NCBI GenBank assembly: GCA_963716745.1
Contig: OY970320.1
Location: 1,527,865-1,591,864 of the forward strand
Length of the DNA stretch: 64,000 nt
Reading direction: 5' to 3'
DNA from: an uncultured Gemmatimonadaceae bacterium
Lineage (GTDB): Bacteria > Gemmatimonadota > Gemmatimonadetes > Gemmatimonadales > Gemmatimonadaceae
A program made the translations under genes and the position numbers. The notes below the pieces were generated by a model. The model was not told the origin of the DNA. It worked only from the letters and a program-made list of their open reading frames with translations, and made no database searches. This document shows positions 41,255 through 49,943 of the stretch, piece by piece; position 1 is the stretch's first letter, and each line of letters starts with the position of its first letter.

Positions 41255-41801
41255 ATGCAGAGATCCCGTCTCCTCGCGATAGTCGCCATCGCCGCGTGCG
41301 CCGCTCGTCGCCGCGGGCCAAGCGGTCGTCGCCGACACCGGCTCCGTCGCCCCCAATTTCTCGGCGCCAGGCGCGAACATGGCCGGGCTGATCCCGTCGG
41401 TGAGTCTCGCCGCGTACAAGGGCAAGACCGTCGTGCTCGCCTTCTTCTACAAGGCGCGGACCAAGGGCTGAACGATCCAAATGGAGGCGTACCGTGATCA
41501 GTACGCCACGCTCTTCAACAACGGCAAGAATGTCGTCGTCCTCGGCATCAGCGTCGATGCCGACACCACGCTGCAAAGCTGGGCGCACGACGCCAAGTTC
41601 CCGATGACGTTCGTCAGCGACACCGGCCACGTGATCGGCTCCGCGTACGGCGTGTACAGCGAGAAGAACGCGATGGACTCGCGCGTCGTTTTCGTGATCG
41701 CGCCGAATGGCAAGATCACCTACAAAGCGCCCTTCAATGTGATGTCGGCCGACGCCTACACGACGCTCGGCAACGAGGTGAAGAAGGCGTCTGGACCATA
41801 G
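41255..41801 (+). CDS. Peroxiredoxin (AhpC/TSA-BCP-like) lipoprotein with in-frame TGA at the peroxidatic Cys position (selenocysteine candidate); also one N-terminal frame break
   Basis: The signal/lipobox MQRSRLLAIVAIAAC starts at the ATG at 41255, preceded by GGAGG. The +1 frame from about 41303 reads PLVAAGQAVVADTGSVAPNFSAPG...YKGKTVVLAFFYKARTKG-TGA-TIQMEAYRDQY...VVVLGISVD...DSRVVFVIAPNGKI. The TGA is at 41469-41471. Confidence 0.65.
41486..41507 (+). promoter_or_regulatory. SECIS-like hairpin downstream of the in-frame UGA
   Basis: GGCGTAC-cgtgatca-GTACGCC is a perfect 7-bp stem with an 8-nt loop containing GU. The stem starts 14 nt after the UGA, and the loop starts 24 nt from the U of UGA. 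Confidence 0.45.
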
Positions 41802-41813
41802 TTCATCGTGCAT

Positions 41814-41911
41814 CGCGCATCGTGCCTCGTGCATCGGCCATCGTGACCGCTTCGAGCGGTCGCGATGCCCGAATCCCCCGCCGAGGCACGATGCACGAGG
41901 CACGATGCGCG
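41814..41911. repeat. Composite hairpin downstream of the peroxiredoxin gene
   Basis: CGCGCATCGTGCCTCGTGCATCG (41814-41836) pairs perfectly with CGATGCACGAGGCACGATGCGCG (41889-41911). The arms are made of CATCGTGC-type sub-repeats. The inner hairpin is GACCGC-ttcga-GCGGTC, and a T-run lies about 20 nt downstream. Confidence 0.75.
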
Positions 41912-41961
41912 CCCTTTCCGCCGTGAGATATTTTTTCTCTCGCGAATCTCGAGTGGACGCG

Positions 41962-41967
41962 TAAGTT
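41962..41967 (+). promoter_or_regulatory. -10-like hexamer TAAGTT, 7 nt upstream of the ATG at 41975
   Basis: gcgTAAGTTtccgttcATG. This is nearly identical to the arrangement at 24507 (cgcTAAGTTtgcagtcATG). Confidence 0.3.
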
Positions 41968-41974
41968 TCCGTTC

Positions 41975-43430
41975 ATGAAGACTCCCAGTCAGCCGATGTG
42001 GGCGGTCGCACCCGATGCGCCGATGGATGCGCGCACGACGCTCATCCAGCTGTACTGGGCGGCGATCCGATCGGCGGCGCCGGCGCCCGCGTTGCGCGCG
42101 GCGCTCGACAAGATCCCGCCGGAGAAGGAGCGCCGCCGCGTCTGGATCTTCGCGGTGGGCAAGGCCGCGAACCCGATGGCGATCGCCGCGGTGGAATGGC
42201 TCAAGGAGCACGGCGCCGAGCCGGCCGGTGGCGTCATCGTCGCGCCGCGACAGGTGCCCACGCCGCATGCGAGTCTCGAGATGATCGTCGGTGACCATCC
42301 GCAGCCCGGGCTTCGTTCGCTCACGGCCGCGCGCATGATCGAGAATGACCGCGGCCAGAGTGCGCCCCGAGGACGACGCGTGGGTGCTGCTCTCCGGCGG
42401 CTCCACGAGCCTCATAGCCGCGCCGGACGCGGCGCTCAAACCAGAAGAGATGGTGCAGCTCTTCGAGTTGCTGCACGGCTCCGGTCTCGACATCGCGACG
42501 ATGAATCTCATCCGCAAACGCTTCACGCGATGGGGCGCGGGCCGTCTCGCCGCCGCGCTCAAGGCGCACAAGGTGCGCAATTTCATCATCTCGGATGTCG
42601 TGGGCGATGACCTCGCGGCGATCGGCTCCGGTCCGTGCGTCCCGGACCCGAGCACGGCGAGCCAGGTACGTTCGATCCTCGTGGCATACAAGCTTTGGGA
42701 CCTCGTGCCGATCACGCTGCGCCGCTACCTGCACGCGGTCGAACGCGATCCGGGTCTCGAGACGCCGAAGGCCGGCGATCCCGTGTTCGAGAACGTCGAG
42801 CGCCGCATCATCGCGAGCAACCGCACCGCACTCGACGCGATCGCATCGAAGGCGAAGGAGCTCGGCTACGATCCGCGCATCATGAGCACCACGCTCTCCG
42901 GCGACGCGGCTTCCGCCGGCAAGCGCGTGGCCGCGTCGCTGGCCGGCACCTGCGGGTCCGCGACGCCCACCATCGCCGGCCGCGCCGGCCGTGCGTGCCT
43001 CATCTGGGGCGGCGAGACCACGGTGGCCCTTCGCGAAGGACCGCACGGCGCTGGCGGCCGTTGTCAGGAGCTCGCGCTCTCCGCCGCGCGCGAGCTCGCG
43101 CAGGTGAAGAGCGCGCGCGGCTCCACGCTCCTCGCGTGCGGCACCAATGGCCGCGACGGCGCCACCGACGCCGCCGGCGCGGTGGTGAATCGCGAGACAT
43201 GGAACGACATCGCGCGCGCCGGACGCGATCCCGAGAAGGATCTCGCCGGACACGATTCATACCCGTCGCTCGACGCGGCCGGCGCCCTGCTCCGCACCGA
43301 TCTCACCTCCACGAACGTCATGGATGTCGTGATCGGCGTCTGCGGCCCGCCCACCGCCGAGATGATGGAGCGGAAGACACCCGGTGCGCTCGCCCGGATC
43401 TCGGGTAGCTTTAGGCGGATCACCCAGTAA
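41975..43430 (+). CDS. Glycerate 2-kinase / hydroxypyruvate reductase-like (DUF4147 + MOFRL), one frame break
   Basis: VWIFAVGKAANPMA and VGDHPQPG are in the first frame. The +1 frame carries WVLLSGGSTSL, ISDVVGDDLAAIGSGP, LIWGGETTV, GGRCQELALSAA, GTNGRDGATDAAGA. The join is near 42345. Confidence 0.75.
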
Positions 43431-43481
43431 TTTCCCGCCGGCGGCGCGCTCCGCCGCCCTGGTCCTCCGCTGCGAGTTCAC

Positions 43482-44384
43482 GTGCCCTTCTCCGTCGCGC
43501 TCATCCAGCAACCCGTGCCCACCGACGCGAAGGCGGCGGTGGAGCAGTCCATCGCGAAGATCCGCGAGGCCGCCGCGCTCGGCGCGAACATCGTGTGCCT
43601 GCAGGAACTGTTCAACGCGCCGTACTTCTGCAAAGTGACGGACGCCGAGCGGTTCGATCTCGCCGAGCCGATCCCCGGGCCCACGGTCGAGCGCATGCAG
43701 GCGCTCGCCAAGGAACTCGGCATTGTGCTCATCGTGCCGATCTTCGAGCGGCGCGGCGCCGGCGTCTACCACAATTCCGCCGCGATCGTCGACGCGGACG
43801 GCGCACTGCTCGGCGTCTACCGCAAGATGCACATCCCCGACGATCCGCTCTATCACGAGAAGTACTACTTCACGCCGGGCGAGATCTACCAGCACGACGA
43901 GAGCCGCCCGGCCGCCGGCTTCCGCGTCTTCAAGACGAAGTTCGCCACCATCGGCGTGCTCATCTGCTGGGACCAGTGGTATCCCGAGGCGGCGCGCATC
44001 ACCGCGCTCATGGGCGCGCAGGTGCTGTTCTATCCGACCGCGATCGGCTGGCATCCGAAGGAGAAGGCCGAGTGGGGCGCGGCGCAGGCCGATGCGTGGC
44101 GCACCGCGCAGCGCGCGCATGCCATCGCGAACGGCGTGTTCGTCGCCGCGGCGAATCGCGTGGGCTTCGAGGCGGAGCCCGGCACCGACGGCCTGGAATT
44201 CTTCGGCCATTCCTTCATCGCCGATCCGTTCGGGCGTCTCATCGCCGAGGCCGGCACCGATCCCGCGATCGTGCTCGCCTCGATCGACCCGGAGCTGATC
44301 GAGTACACGCGGCGCAACTGGCCCTTCTTCCGCGACCGGCGGATCGACGCCTACGGACCGATCCTGAACCGGTGGATCGGGTGA
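43482..44384 (+). CDS. aguB: N-carbamoylputrescine amidase (CN-hydrolase family)
   Basis: VCLQELF, YRKMHIPDDP.YHEKYYFTPG, IGVLICWDQWYPEAAR (catalytic Cys), NRVG.E. Confidence 0.85.
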   Translation: MPFSVALIQQPVPTDAKAAVEQSIAKIREAAALGANIVCLQELFNAPYFCKVTDAERFDLAEPIPGPTVERMQALAKELGIVLIVPIFERRGAGVYHNSAAIVDADGALLGVYRKMHIPDDPLYHEKYYFTPGEIYQHDESRPAAGFRVFKTKFATIGVLICWDQWYPEAARITALMGAQVLFYPTAIGWHPKEKAEWGAAQADAWRTAQRAHAIANGVFVAAANRVGFEAEPGTDGLEFFGHSFIADPFGRLIAEAGTDPAIVLASIDPELIEYTRRNWPFFRDRRIDAYGPILNRWIG

Positions 44385-45425
44385 AGCCGTCGAGCGTTCG
44401 CTGGCCCGCGGAGTGGGAGCCGCACACGGCGACGTGGTTGAGCTGGCCGCACAACAAAGAGGATTGGCCCGGAAAGTTCGCGCCGATCCCGTGGGTGTAC
44501 GTCGAGATCGTGCGCGCGCTGCACACGCACGAGCGGGTGGAGATCCTGTGTCACAGCGCCGCGGTGAAGCGCAGCGCCGAGTCGGCGCTCAAGGCGCACG
44601 GTGTGGATCTCGCGCGGGTGGGCCGGCACATCGTGCCGAGCGACCGCGTGTGGACGCGCGACTCCGGCCCGACCGGAGTGCTCGACAGCGGCGGCGCGCT
44701 GCAGTGGGCCGGCTGGCGGTTCAACGGCTGGGCGAAGTACAAGAACTTCAAGGAGGATGTGAAAGTCGGCGCCGCGATCGCGAAGCTGAGCGGCGCGCCG
44801 CTCACCGCCGCCGTGCGCGATGACACGGGCAAGCCGCTCGTGCTCGAGGGCGGCGGCATCGAGACCGATGGTGCGGGCACGATGCTCGTCACCGAGGAGT
44901 GGCTGCTGTCCAAGGTGCAGGTGCGGAATCCCGGCATGGACCGCGCAGGCGTACGAGCGCGCGTTCGCGCAGTGGCTGGGCATCAAGCGCACGGTCTGGC
45001 TGGGTGAAGGCTGCGTCGGCGACGACACGCACGGGCATGTGGACGACATCGCGCGGTTCGCGGACGCGCACACCGTTGCGCTCGCGTACGAGCCCGACCC
45101 GCGCGACGAGAATCATGCGCGGAGCAAGGACAACGCACGGAGGCTCGAACTCGCGGGGGGACTGCGCGTCGTGAAGCTGCCGTACCCGCGCGCGGTGGTC
45201 ATGGATGGCCAGCGGCTGCCGGCGAGCTACGCGAACTTCTACATCGCGAACGGAGTGGTGCTGGTGCCCACGTTCAACGATCCCAACGACCGCGCCGCGC
45301 TGAATATTCTCGCGCAACTATTCCCGGGGCGAGAGGTAGTCGGGATCCACGCGGGGGATTTAGTGTGGGGACTGGGGACGATCCACTGCCTGACCCAGCA
45401 GCAGCCGGCGGCTAAGCGCCGCTAA
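44381..45425 (+). CDS. aguA: Agmatine deiminase, one frame break
   Basis: The GTG at 44381 overlaps the aguB stop. WPAEWEPHTATWLSWPH, VWTRDSGP, LEGGGIETDGAGT. The +1 frame carries DDTHGHVDDIARF, ASYANFYIANG, GLGTIHCLTQQQP. The join is near 44940. Confidence 0.85.
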
Positions 45426-45435
45426 CGGCGTGAGT

Positions 45436-45560
45436 CGCACCGCAACGGGCGGGACTGGTACCGCTTGGTGCGGGATTAGCGTTGGGGATTGGATAGTGCG
45501 GGTCTCCATTCCAACGCCAATCCCGCCGCTCGCGGTACCAGTCCCGCCGTCAGCGGTGCC
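45436..45560. repeat. Family-2 long imperfect palindrome, copy 2
   Basis: It shares GGCGGGACTGGTACCGCT.GG.GCGGGATT.GCGTTGG and CCAACGCCAATCCCGCCG...GTACCAGTCCCGCCGTCAGCGGTGCC with copy 1. It fills the gap between the convergent aguA and SPFH genes. Confidence 0.8.
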
Positions 45561-45562
45561 AA

Positions 45563-46468
45563 TCACGCTCCTATGGCTTCCCCGCCATTGGCAGTTGAAT
45601 GAGCGGCATCGCCCCTCCCGATACCTGCGGCATTCTGACCGTTCCACTTCATCGCCAGTTCGTACTGCACCAGCGTCGGCGTGATGCTCTCGGCGAGCAG
45701 CCGGTTCGCGCGCGCCTGCGCTTCGGCTTCGGCGATGATCGCCTTCGCGCGGCCCATCGCCTTGATCGAGTCGCCCTGCGCCTGGAACTTGTTCTTCTGC
45801 AGCTCGTTCTCGGCGGTGAGCGCCTGCTGCTGCATCACGTTCTTCTGGTTGATCGCCTCGATCACCGCCGGCGGGGCGCGGAGCTCGTTGATCGTGAACT
45901 GCTCCACGAGAATGCCGTAATCCTGCAGGCGCTTCTCGAGCAGCGCGAACACGCGCGACGTCGCCTCGGCCTTCTTGGGGCCGATCACATCCGCAATGGG
46001 TTCGTTGCCCACGACTTCCTGCAGCGCCTGGCGCACCGCCTGCTTCACGTAGCTGTGCTCGATCGCCACCACGTCCGTCCGGAACGTCGTGTACAGGAAC
46101 GGCACCTTCAGCGGATCGAGCTTGAACGACATGGAGATGTCGAGCGAGAGCGGTTGGCCCTCCACGCTGTTCACGTTGATCTCTTCGTTGTACCGCTCCC
46201 CTTCATTCGACGTCCGCGTCAGCACCAGCGTCTGCATGAAGGTGGGGTACTCCATGATCCCCGTCGTCAGCGGATTGCGCAGGTGCAGCCCCGGATTCAG
46301 CGCCACCGGGTTCACCCCGCCGGCGGTGCGGTTGATCACGATGCCGACGTGCCCCGGACTGATGTACACGACCATCGTCTTCAGCAGCATGAAGAGCGCG
46401 AGCACGCCCACGCCGATCGCCACCATCCTGAAGCGCCCCGCCCCGTACGCGCTGTGTTCCGATTCCAT
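45563..46468 (-). CDS. SPFH/band-7 (prohibitin/HflC-like) membrane protein
   Basis: N-terminal TM segment, YISPGHVGIVINR, the SPFH core, and a coiled AEAEAQARANRLLAES tail. Confidence 0.8.
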   Translation of the reverse strand: MESEHSAYGAGRFRMVAIGVGVLALFMLLKTMVVYISPGHVGIVINRTAGGVNPVALNPGLHLRNPLTTGIMEYPTFMQTLVLTRTSNEGERYNEEINVNSVEGQPLSLDISMSFKLDPLKVPFLYTTFRTDVVAIEHSYVKQAVRQALQEVVGNEPIADVIGPKKAEATSRVFALLEKRLQDYGILVEQFTINELRAPPAVIEAINQKNVMQQQALTAENELQKNKFQAQGDSIKAMGRAKAIIAEAEAQARANRLLAESITPTLVQYELAMKWNGQNAAGIGRGDAAHSTANGGEAIGA

Positions 46469-46492
46469 GGATCCCGTCCTCCGGTTCGTTCG

Positions 46493-46756
46493 CTATCCGA
46501 GTGTGTCCCGCACCGCTTCCCTGAAGCAGTCGGGACAGATGCGTTCGCCGCTTGCGAGGCGGACGAGCTCGTGTTCTTCGTGCCGGCCGTGAATGGCGCA
46601 AACCGTCGCAGCTTCGCGTTCGATCCGCTTCCGGTTCTCCCGCTGCTGCAAACTGAGACCGAGGGGCGTGTACTTCTTGAGGCCGATGAAAAAGAGGCCG
46701 GCGATCGCCGCGATCGCCGCGACGAACATTCCGACCTCTGCAAGAATTGCCAACAT
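46493..46756 (-). CDS. Small membrane-anchored protein with C-terminal Cys/His (zinc-ribbon-like) motif
   Basis: 87 aa. TM segment MFVAAIAAIAGLFFIG, then C..H...(x18)...CPDC. It lies directly upstream of, and co-directional with, the SPFH gene. Confidence 0.5.
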   Translation of the reverse strand: MLAILAEVGMFVAAIAAIAGLFFIGLKKYTPLGLSLQQRENRKRIEREAATVCAIHGRHEEHELVRLASGERICPDCFREAVRDTLG

Positions 46757-46883
46757 GATGACTAAACATAACGCTTTTCACGCCCGGCCGTTCTGACATG
46801 CCGGAAGTCTATGCGGATCAACGCGTTAGAATGTTGATTCGCGCAAAGATTAGGATTGACCAGGCCCGGCCCCCGGCCTATTT

Positions 46884-46889
46884 TCTAAT
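46884..46889 (+). promoter_or_regulatory. -10-like hexamer TCTAAT, 6 nt upstream of the ATG at 46896
   Basis: ggcctatttTCTAATcaactcATG, inside an unusually AT-rich 139-nt spacer. Confidence 0.25.
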
Positions 46890-46895
46890 CAACTC

Positions 46896-47483
46896 ATGGG
46901 CACCTACCGGGCACGTCCCTTCGCGCTGGCCTGCGCTTGCGTCACTCTCGCTGTCGCGATGGTGCCCGCGGTAGCGCGTGCGCAGAAGGAGAGCGAGGAG
47001 ACCTCTGCCTTCGTTTCGGCCGCCCCGGTCCCTGCCACGTCCGCGCTGCGCGACTCGCTCATCGCTCGCACCCGCGCTCTGCTCGGCAAGAAGTACCGCC
47101 GCGGCGGCGAGACGCCGAAGCGCGGCTTCGATTGTTCGGGGCTAGTGGCCTACGTACTCACGGGTCTTAATCTGAACGTGCCGAGAACCGCCGCCGCGCA
47201 GGCGACGGTGGGCACCGAGATCGTAAAGGACACCGCACAGCTCCTTCCCGGTGATCTCCTCACGTTCGGGAAAGGCAAGAAAGTGACGCATATCGGGATC
47301 TACATCGGCGCCGGCCGGTTCATTCAGGCCAGCTCGAAAGCGCGTAAGGTGATCGAGACGAACCTGCTGCGCGCGCCGGCGCCCGGGATTCGCCCGTGGC
47401 TCGGTGTGCGGCGGATCGTACCGGGCGATGAGAGCGCACTATCGCTCGTTCTTCCGTCGTCGACGACCACGTCGAGCGAGTAA
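46896..47483 (+). CDS. NlpC/P60-family peptidoglycan endopeptidase
   Basis: Signal peptide; GFDCSGLVAYVL (catalytic Cys); HIGIYIGAGRFIQAS (His). Confidence 0.85.
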   Translation: MGTYRARPFALACACVTLAVAMVPAVARAQKESEETSAFVSAAPVPATSALRDSLIARTRALLGKKYRRGGETPKRGFDCSGLVAYVLTGLNLNVPRTAAAQATVGTEIVKDTAQLLPGDLLTFGKGKKVTHIGIYIGAGRFIQASSKARKVIETNLLRAPAPGIRPWLGVRRIVPGDESALSLVLPSSTTTSSE

Positions 47484-47484
47484 G

Positions 47485-48564
47485 CTAGGGGACCCAGATC
47501 CCTTCGATGCGAAGTTTCAGCGTCGAGTCCCGAAAATCGAGATGGCTCAGCGAGTCCATGAGTACGAGCGTTCTTCCGGAGATATCCGGGGAAACGATTC
47601 CCTGCTCTCGCTGGCGAGTCGGGCGTAGCGTCGCTCCCAGCACGGCCTTCTTCGAAACATCCGCGCACACGATCATCCCCCGGTCATTCGGCGCGTGCAT
47701 CGAGAACGGGCCGGCGTTCACCAGATTCCCCAGCGAATAGAACACCAGCGCTCCGGCGCCCATGCGCTGCATTCCGCGCACGACGTGCGGACCATGCCCG
47801 ATCACCAGCAGCGCGCCGCTCTCCACCGCGGCTCGCGCGAACGCCACCGGATCGCCGCGCTCCTCCCCCACGAACTTCTCGTTCGCGTCGAGCGTGCGCT
47901 GCGCCGTCGGACCCTCGGCGCCCAAATGCATCGTCACCACCACGCGCGGCGTGATGTCCGCCGCGCGTGCCACCAGCCGGCGCACGAGATCGAGGTCGCG
48001 CACATCCATCGGCGGCGACGCGGCGAAACCGAGGATCGCCACGGTGTCGCCCTGCGGCGTCACGACGATCGTGGGTGCGCTGTCGGCGCCGGTCACGCGC
48101 ACCCCCGCCGAATCCAGCCGCCGCAGCGTCTCGGCGAACCCGTCGTCGCCGGCGTCGTGCGCATGATTGTTCGCGACGTTCGCCACCACGGTTGCTCTCG
48201 CATTCACGCCGCGCAGCGCCTGCGCCGCCGCCGCGGGCATGCGGAGACCGAAACAGTTCTTCTCGCCCGGCGCGCATTTCGTGGCGGGGCCGTCGCCGAT
48301 GGCACCCTCCGCATTGAGCAGCACCACGTCGGCGTCGGCGAAGAGTGGCACGAGCGGCGCAATGAGTATTTCTGGAGCCGGCCACACATGCGGCGGGATG
48401 CGCTTCCCCTTCTTGATCATGGTGTCGCCGTTGACGCCGAGCGTCACATCGCCGCCGGCGCAGATGCGCATGACGGTCGACGAGTCCTGCCATCCCTGCT
48501 GCGTGCGCGCGCCCGCCGCGAGAACGCAGATCGCGAGCGCCGCGATCGCGGGCGCGCGACTCAC
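47485..48564 (-). CDS. CapA-family (PGA-synthesis-type metallophosphatase) protein, exported
   Basis: GGDVTLG, VLLNAEG, NVANNHAHDAG, VVVTMHLGAEG, VIGHGPHVV. Confidence 0.7.
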   Translation of the reverse strand: MSRAPAIAALAICVLAAGARTQQGWQDSSTVMRICAGGDVTLGVNGDTMIKKGKRIPPHVWPAPEILIAPLVPLFADADVVLLNAEGAIGDGPATKCAPGEKNCFGLRMPAAAAQALRGVNARATVVANVANNHAHDAGDDGFAETLRRLDSAGVRVTGADSAPTIVVTPQGDTVAILGFAASPPMDVRDLDLVRRLVARAADITPRVVVTMHLGAEGPTAQRTLDANEKFVGEERGDPVAFARAAVESGALLVIGHGPHVVRGMQRMGAGALVFYSLGNLVNAGPFSMHAPNDRGMIVCADVSKKAVLGATLRPTRQREQGIVSPDISGRTLVLMDSLSHLDFRDSTLKLRIEGIWVP

Positions 48565-49223
48565 GAAGCGCCGCCTTCCGCCGCGGGGCGGGGCTCTTCG
48601 AGCGCACGGCGCGCCATCGCGCCGGCCGGCGTGTCCGCGAATCGCTCGGCGAACCGGCGGAGTTCCGTGCGCGCCCGGCCCTCATCGTTCAACGCACCAC
48701 GATACAGATCGATGAGCGCATTCGTCGCGCCGAACTCGTGCTGGCGGGTCGCGCCGGGGAGCTGCCTGATCTCACGGTACAATTCGGCGGCGCGCTCCGG
48801 TCTCTTGCCGCGCCCGGCAAACAGCGCCGCGGCGGCAAAGCGCACCGCCGCGTCGTCCGGCGATTCCCGGATCAACGCCTCGAAGCTCAGCACGGCGCCC
48901 TCGACGTCGCCGCGCATCTCGAGCGCGTGCTGGTACGAGAACACGCGCTCGTACGGAGTGGTGGAGCCGGTGGGCATGTAGAGCATGCTCGTTACCGTCG
49001 CCGAGCGGCGCAGCATCGTGATGATGAACAGGGAGGCCCCCGCGCCGGTCGCCGCGCCGCCGGGCAGCGCCGCCAGGAAGAGCGGCACGAGGCCGATCCC
49101 CCATAGGTGATAGCCCTCGTACATGAGCAGCGGCACCATGAGCACGGCGATCGCCGCGCCCGCCGCGATCGCCCGGCTTTCGTGGATGTCCCGGCCGGTT
49201 CGCGGCGGGATGGGCGCGGACAT
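48561..49223 (-). CDS. Membrane protein with C-terminal TPR-like helical domain
   Basis: ORF trimmed to the ATG at 49223 (MSAPIPPRTG). Two or three TM segments, then helical repeats (YQHALEMRGDVEGAVLSFEALIRESPDD...). Confidence 0.45.
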   Translation of the reverse strand: MSAPIPPRTGRDIHESRAIAAGAAIAVLMVPLLMYEGYHLWGIGLVPLFLAALPGGAATGAGASLFIITMLRRSATVTSMLYMPTGSTTPYERVFSYQHALEMRGDVEGAVLSFEALIRESPDDAAVRFAAAALFAGRGKRPERAAELYREIRQLPGATRQHEFGATNALIDLYRGALNDEGRARTELRRFAERFADTPAGAMARRALEEPRPAAEGGAS

Positions 49224-49230
49224 CACGCGA

Positions 49231-49803
49231 TCAGCGCGGCCAGAGCCAGCCGAACGCGCCGGCGGTGAGGCAGCCGTAGATGAGCGCATCGAACGTGTCC
49301 TTCCACGCGACGCTCCATGGGCGGCCCCAGAATATCGCGTAGATCGCGTGCGCGCCGCCGAACGCCAGGAACGCCACCGTTCCCGCCACGCGGAACACGG
49401 CGAGATATGCGGCGCCGGGCGCCATCGTGCGGCCCGCGAGATAGGCGACCACGATCTCGATCACCACGAGGTACGCGAACCATTGGCCGAGCATCGGTCC
49501 CATCCCGCCGCCGGTGTTCGCTCGAATGCTGATGAGCGCGAGCGGCCCGTCGGCCATCTTCTTCTGGAACTCCGGCGTCTTGCGCCCTTCCATTGTCGCG
49601 TGGTACGGGATGGCGTATTGGCCCGGGGCCAGCTTCTGCTTGCGCAGCGCGTCGGCGACCGCGGGCTCATCGGGCAGTCCCGCCAGATCGCTCTTGTGAT
49701 ATGGAAGCGCCATCCAGATGAGCGAACTCGCGAAGAACACGAGCACCGCGGAGAGCACGATCGGCATCCAGAGCTGCATGATGGTGACCATTCCCGCCTC
49801 CAA
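49231..49803 (-). CDS. Hypothetical integral membrane protein
   Basis: 190 aa with about 4 TM segments (MQLWMPIVLSAVLVFFASSLIW; WFAYLVVIEIVVAYLAG; etc.). Confidence 0.5.
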   Translation of the reverse strand: MEAGMVTIMQLWMPIVLSAVLVFFASSLIWMALPYHKSDLAGLPDEPAVADALRKQKLAPGQYAIPYHATMEGRKTPEFQKKMADGPLALISIRANTGGGMGPMLGQWFAYLVVIEIVVAYLAGRTMAPGAAYLAVFRVAGTVAFLAFGGAHAIYAIFWGRPWSVAWKDTFDALIYGCLTAGAFGWLWPR

Positions 49804-49943
49804 TGCGGCAAGGGATGTGTGCGAACGGGGAACTGCGCCGCGTCCATTCTATGGCGGCCGGGGCGTGCGGGACAGGGCCGGCTTCTGGCGCCGGGTGGGC
49901 CATGGGGTATAGTTCGAATAGCGGTTCCATCAGGACGGTGCTC

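Noticed and set aside
41469-41471. The TGA in the peroxiredoxin as a simple nonsense mutation or base error (TGC to TGA).
   Set aside because: Not fully rejected. I favour Sec for two reasons: the codon is exactly at the catalytic Cys, and a perfect hairpin follows at SECIS distance. However, this locus also has a frame break, so an error remains possible.
46757-46895. A possible riboswitch or sRNA in the AT-rich 139-nt spacer upstream of the NlpC/P60 gene (by analogy with cyclic-di-AMP/ydaO control of such genes).
   Set aside because: The spacer is too short and lacks the paired-helix architecture I would expect. Only a weak 5-bp AGGCC/GGCCT stem is visible. Divergent promoters explain it better.
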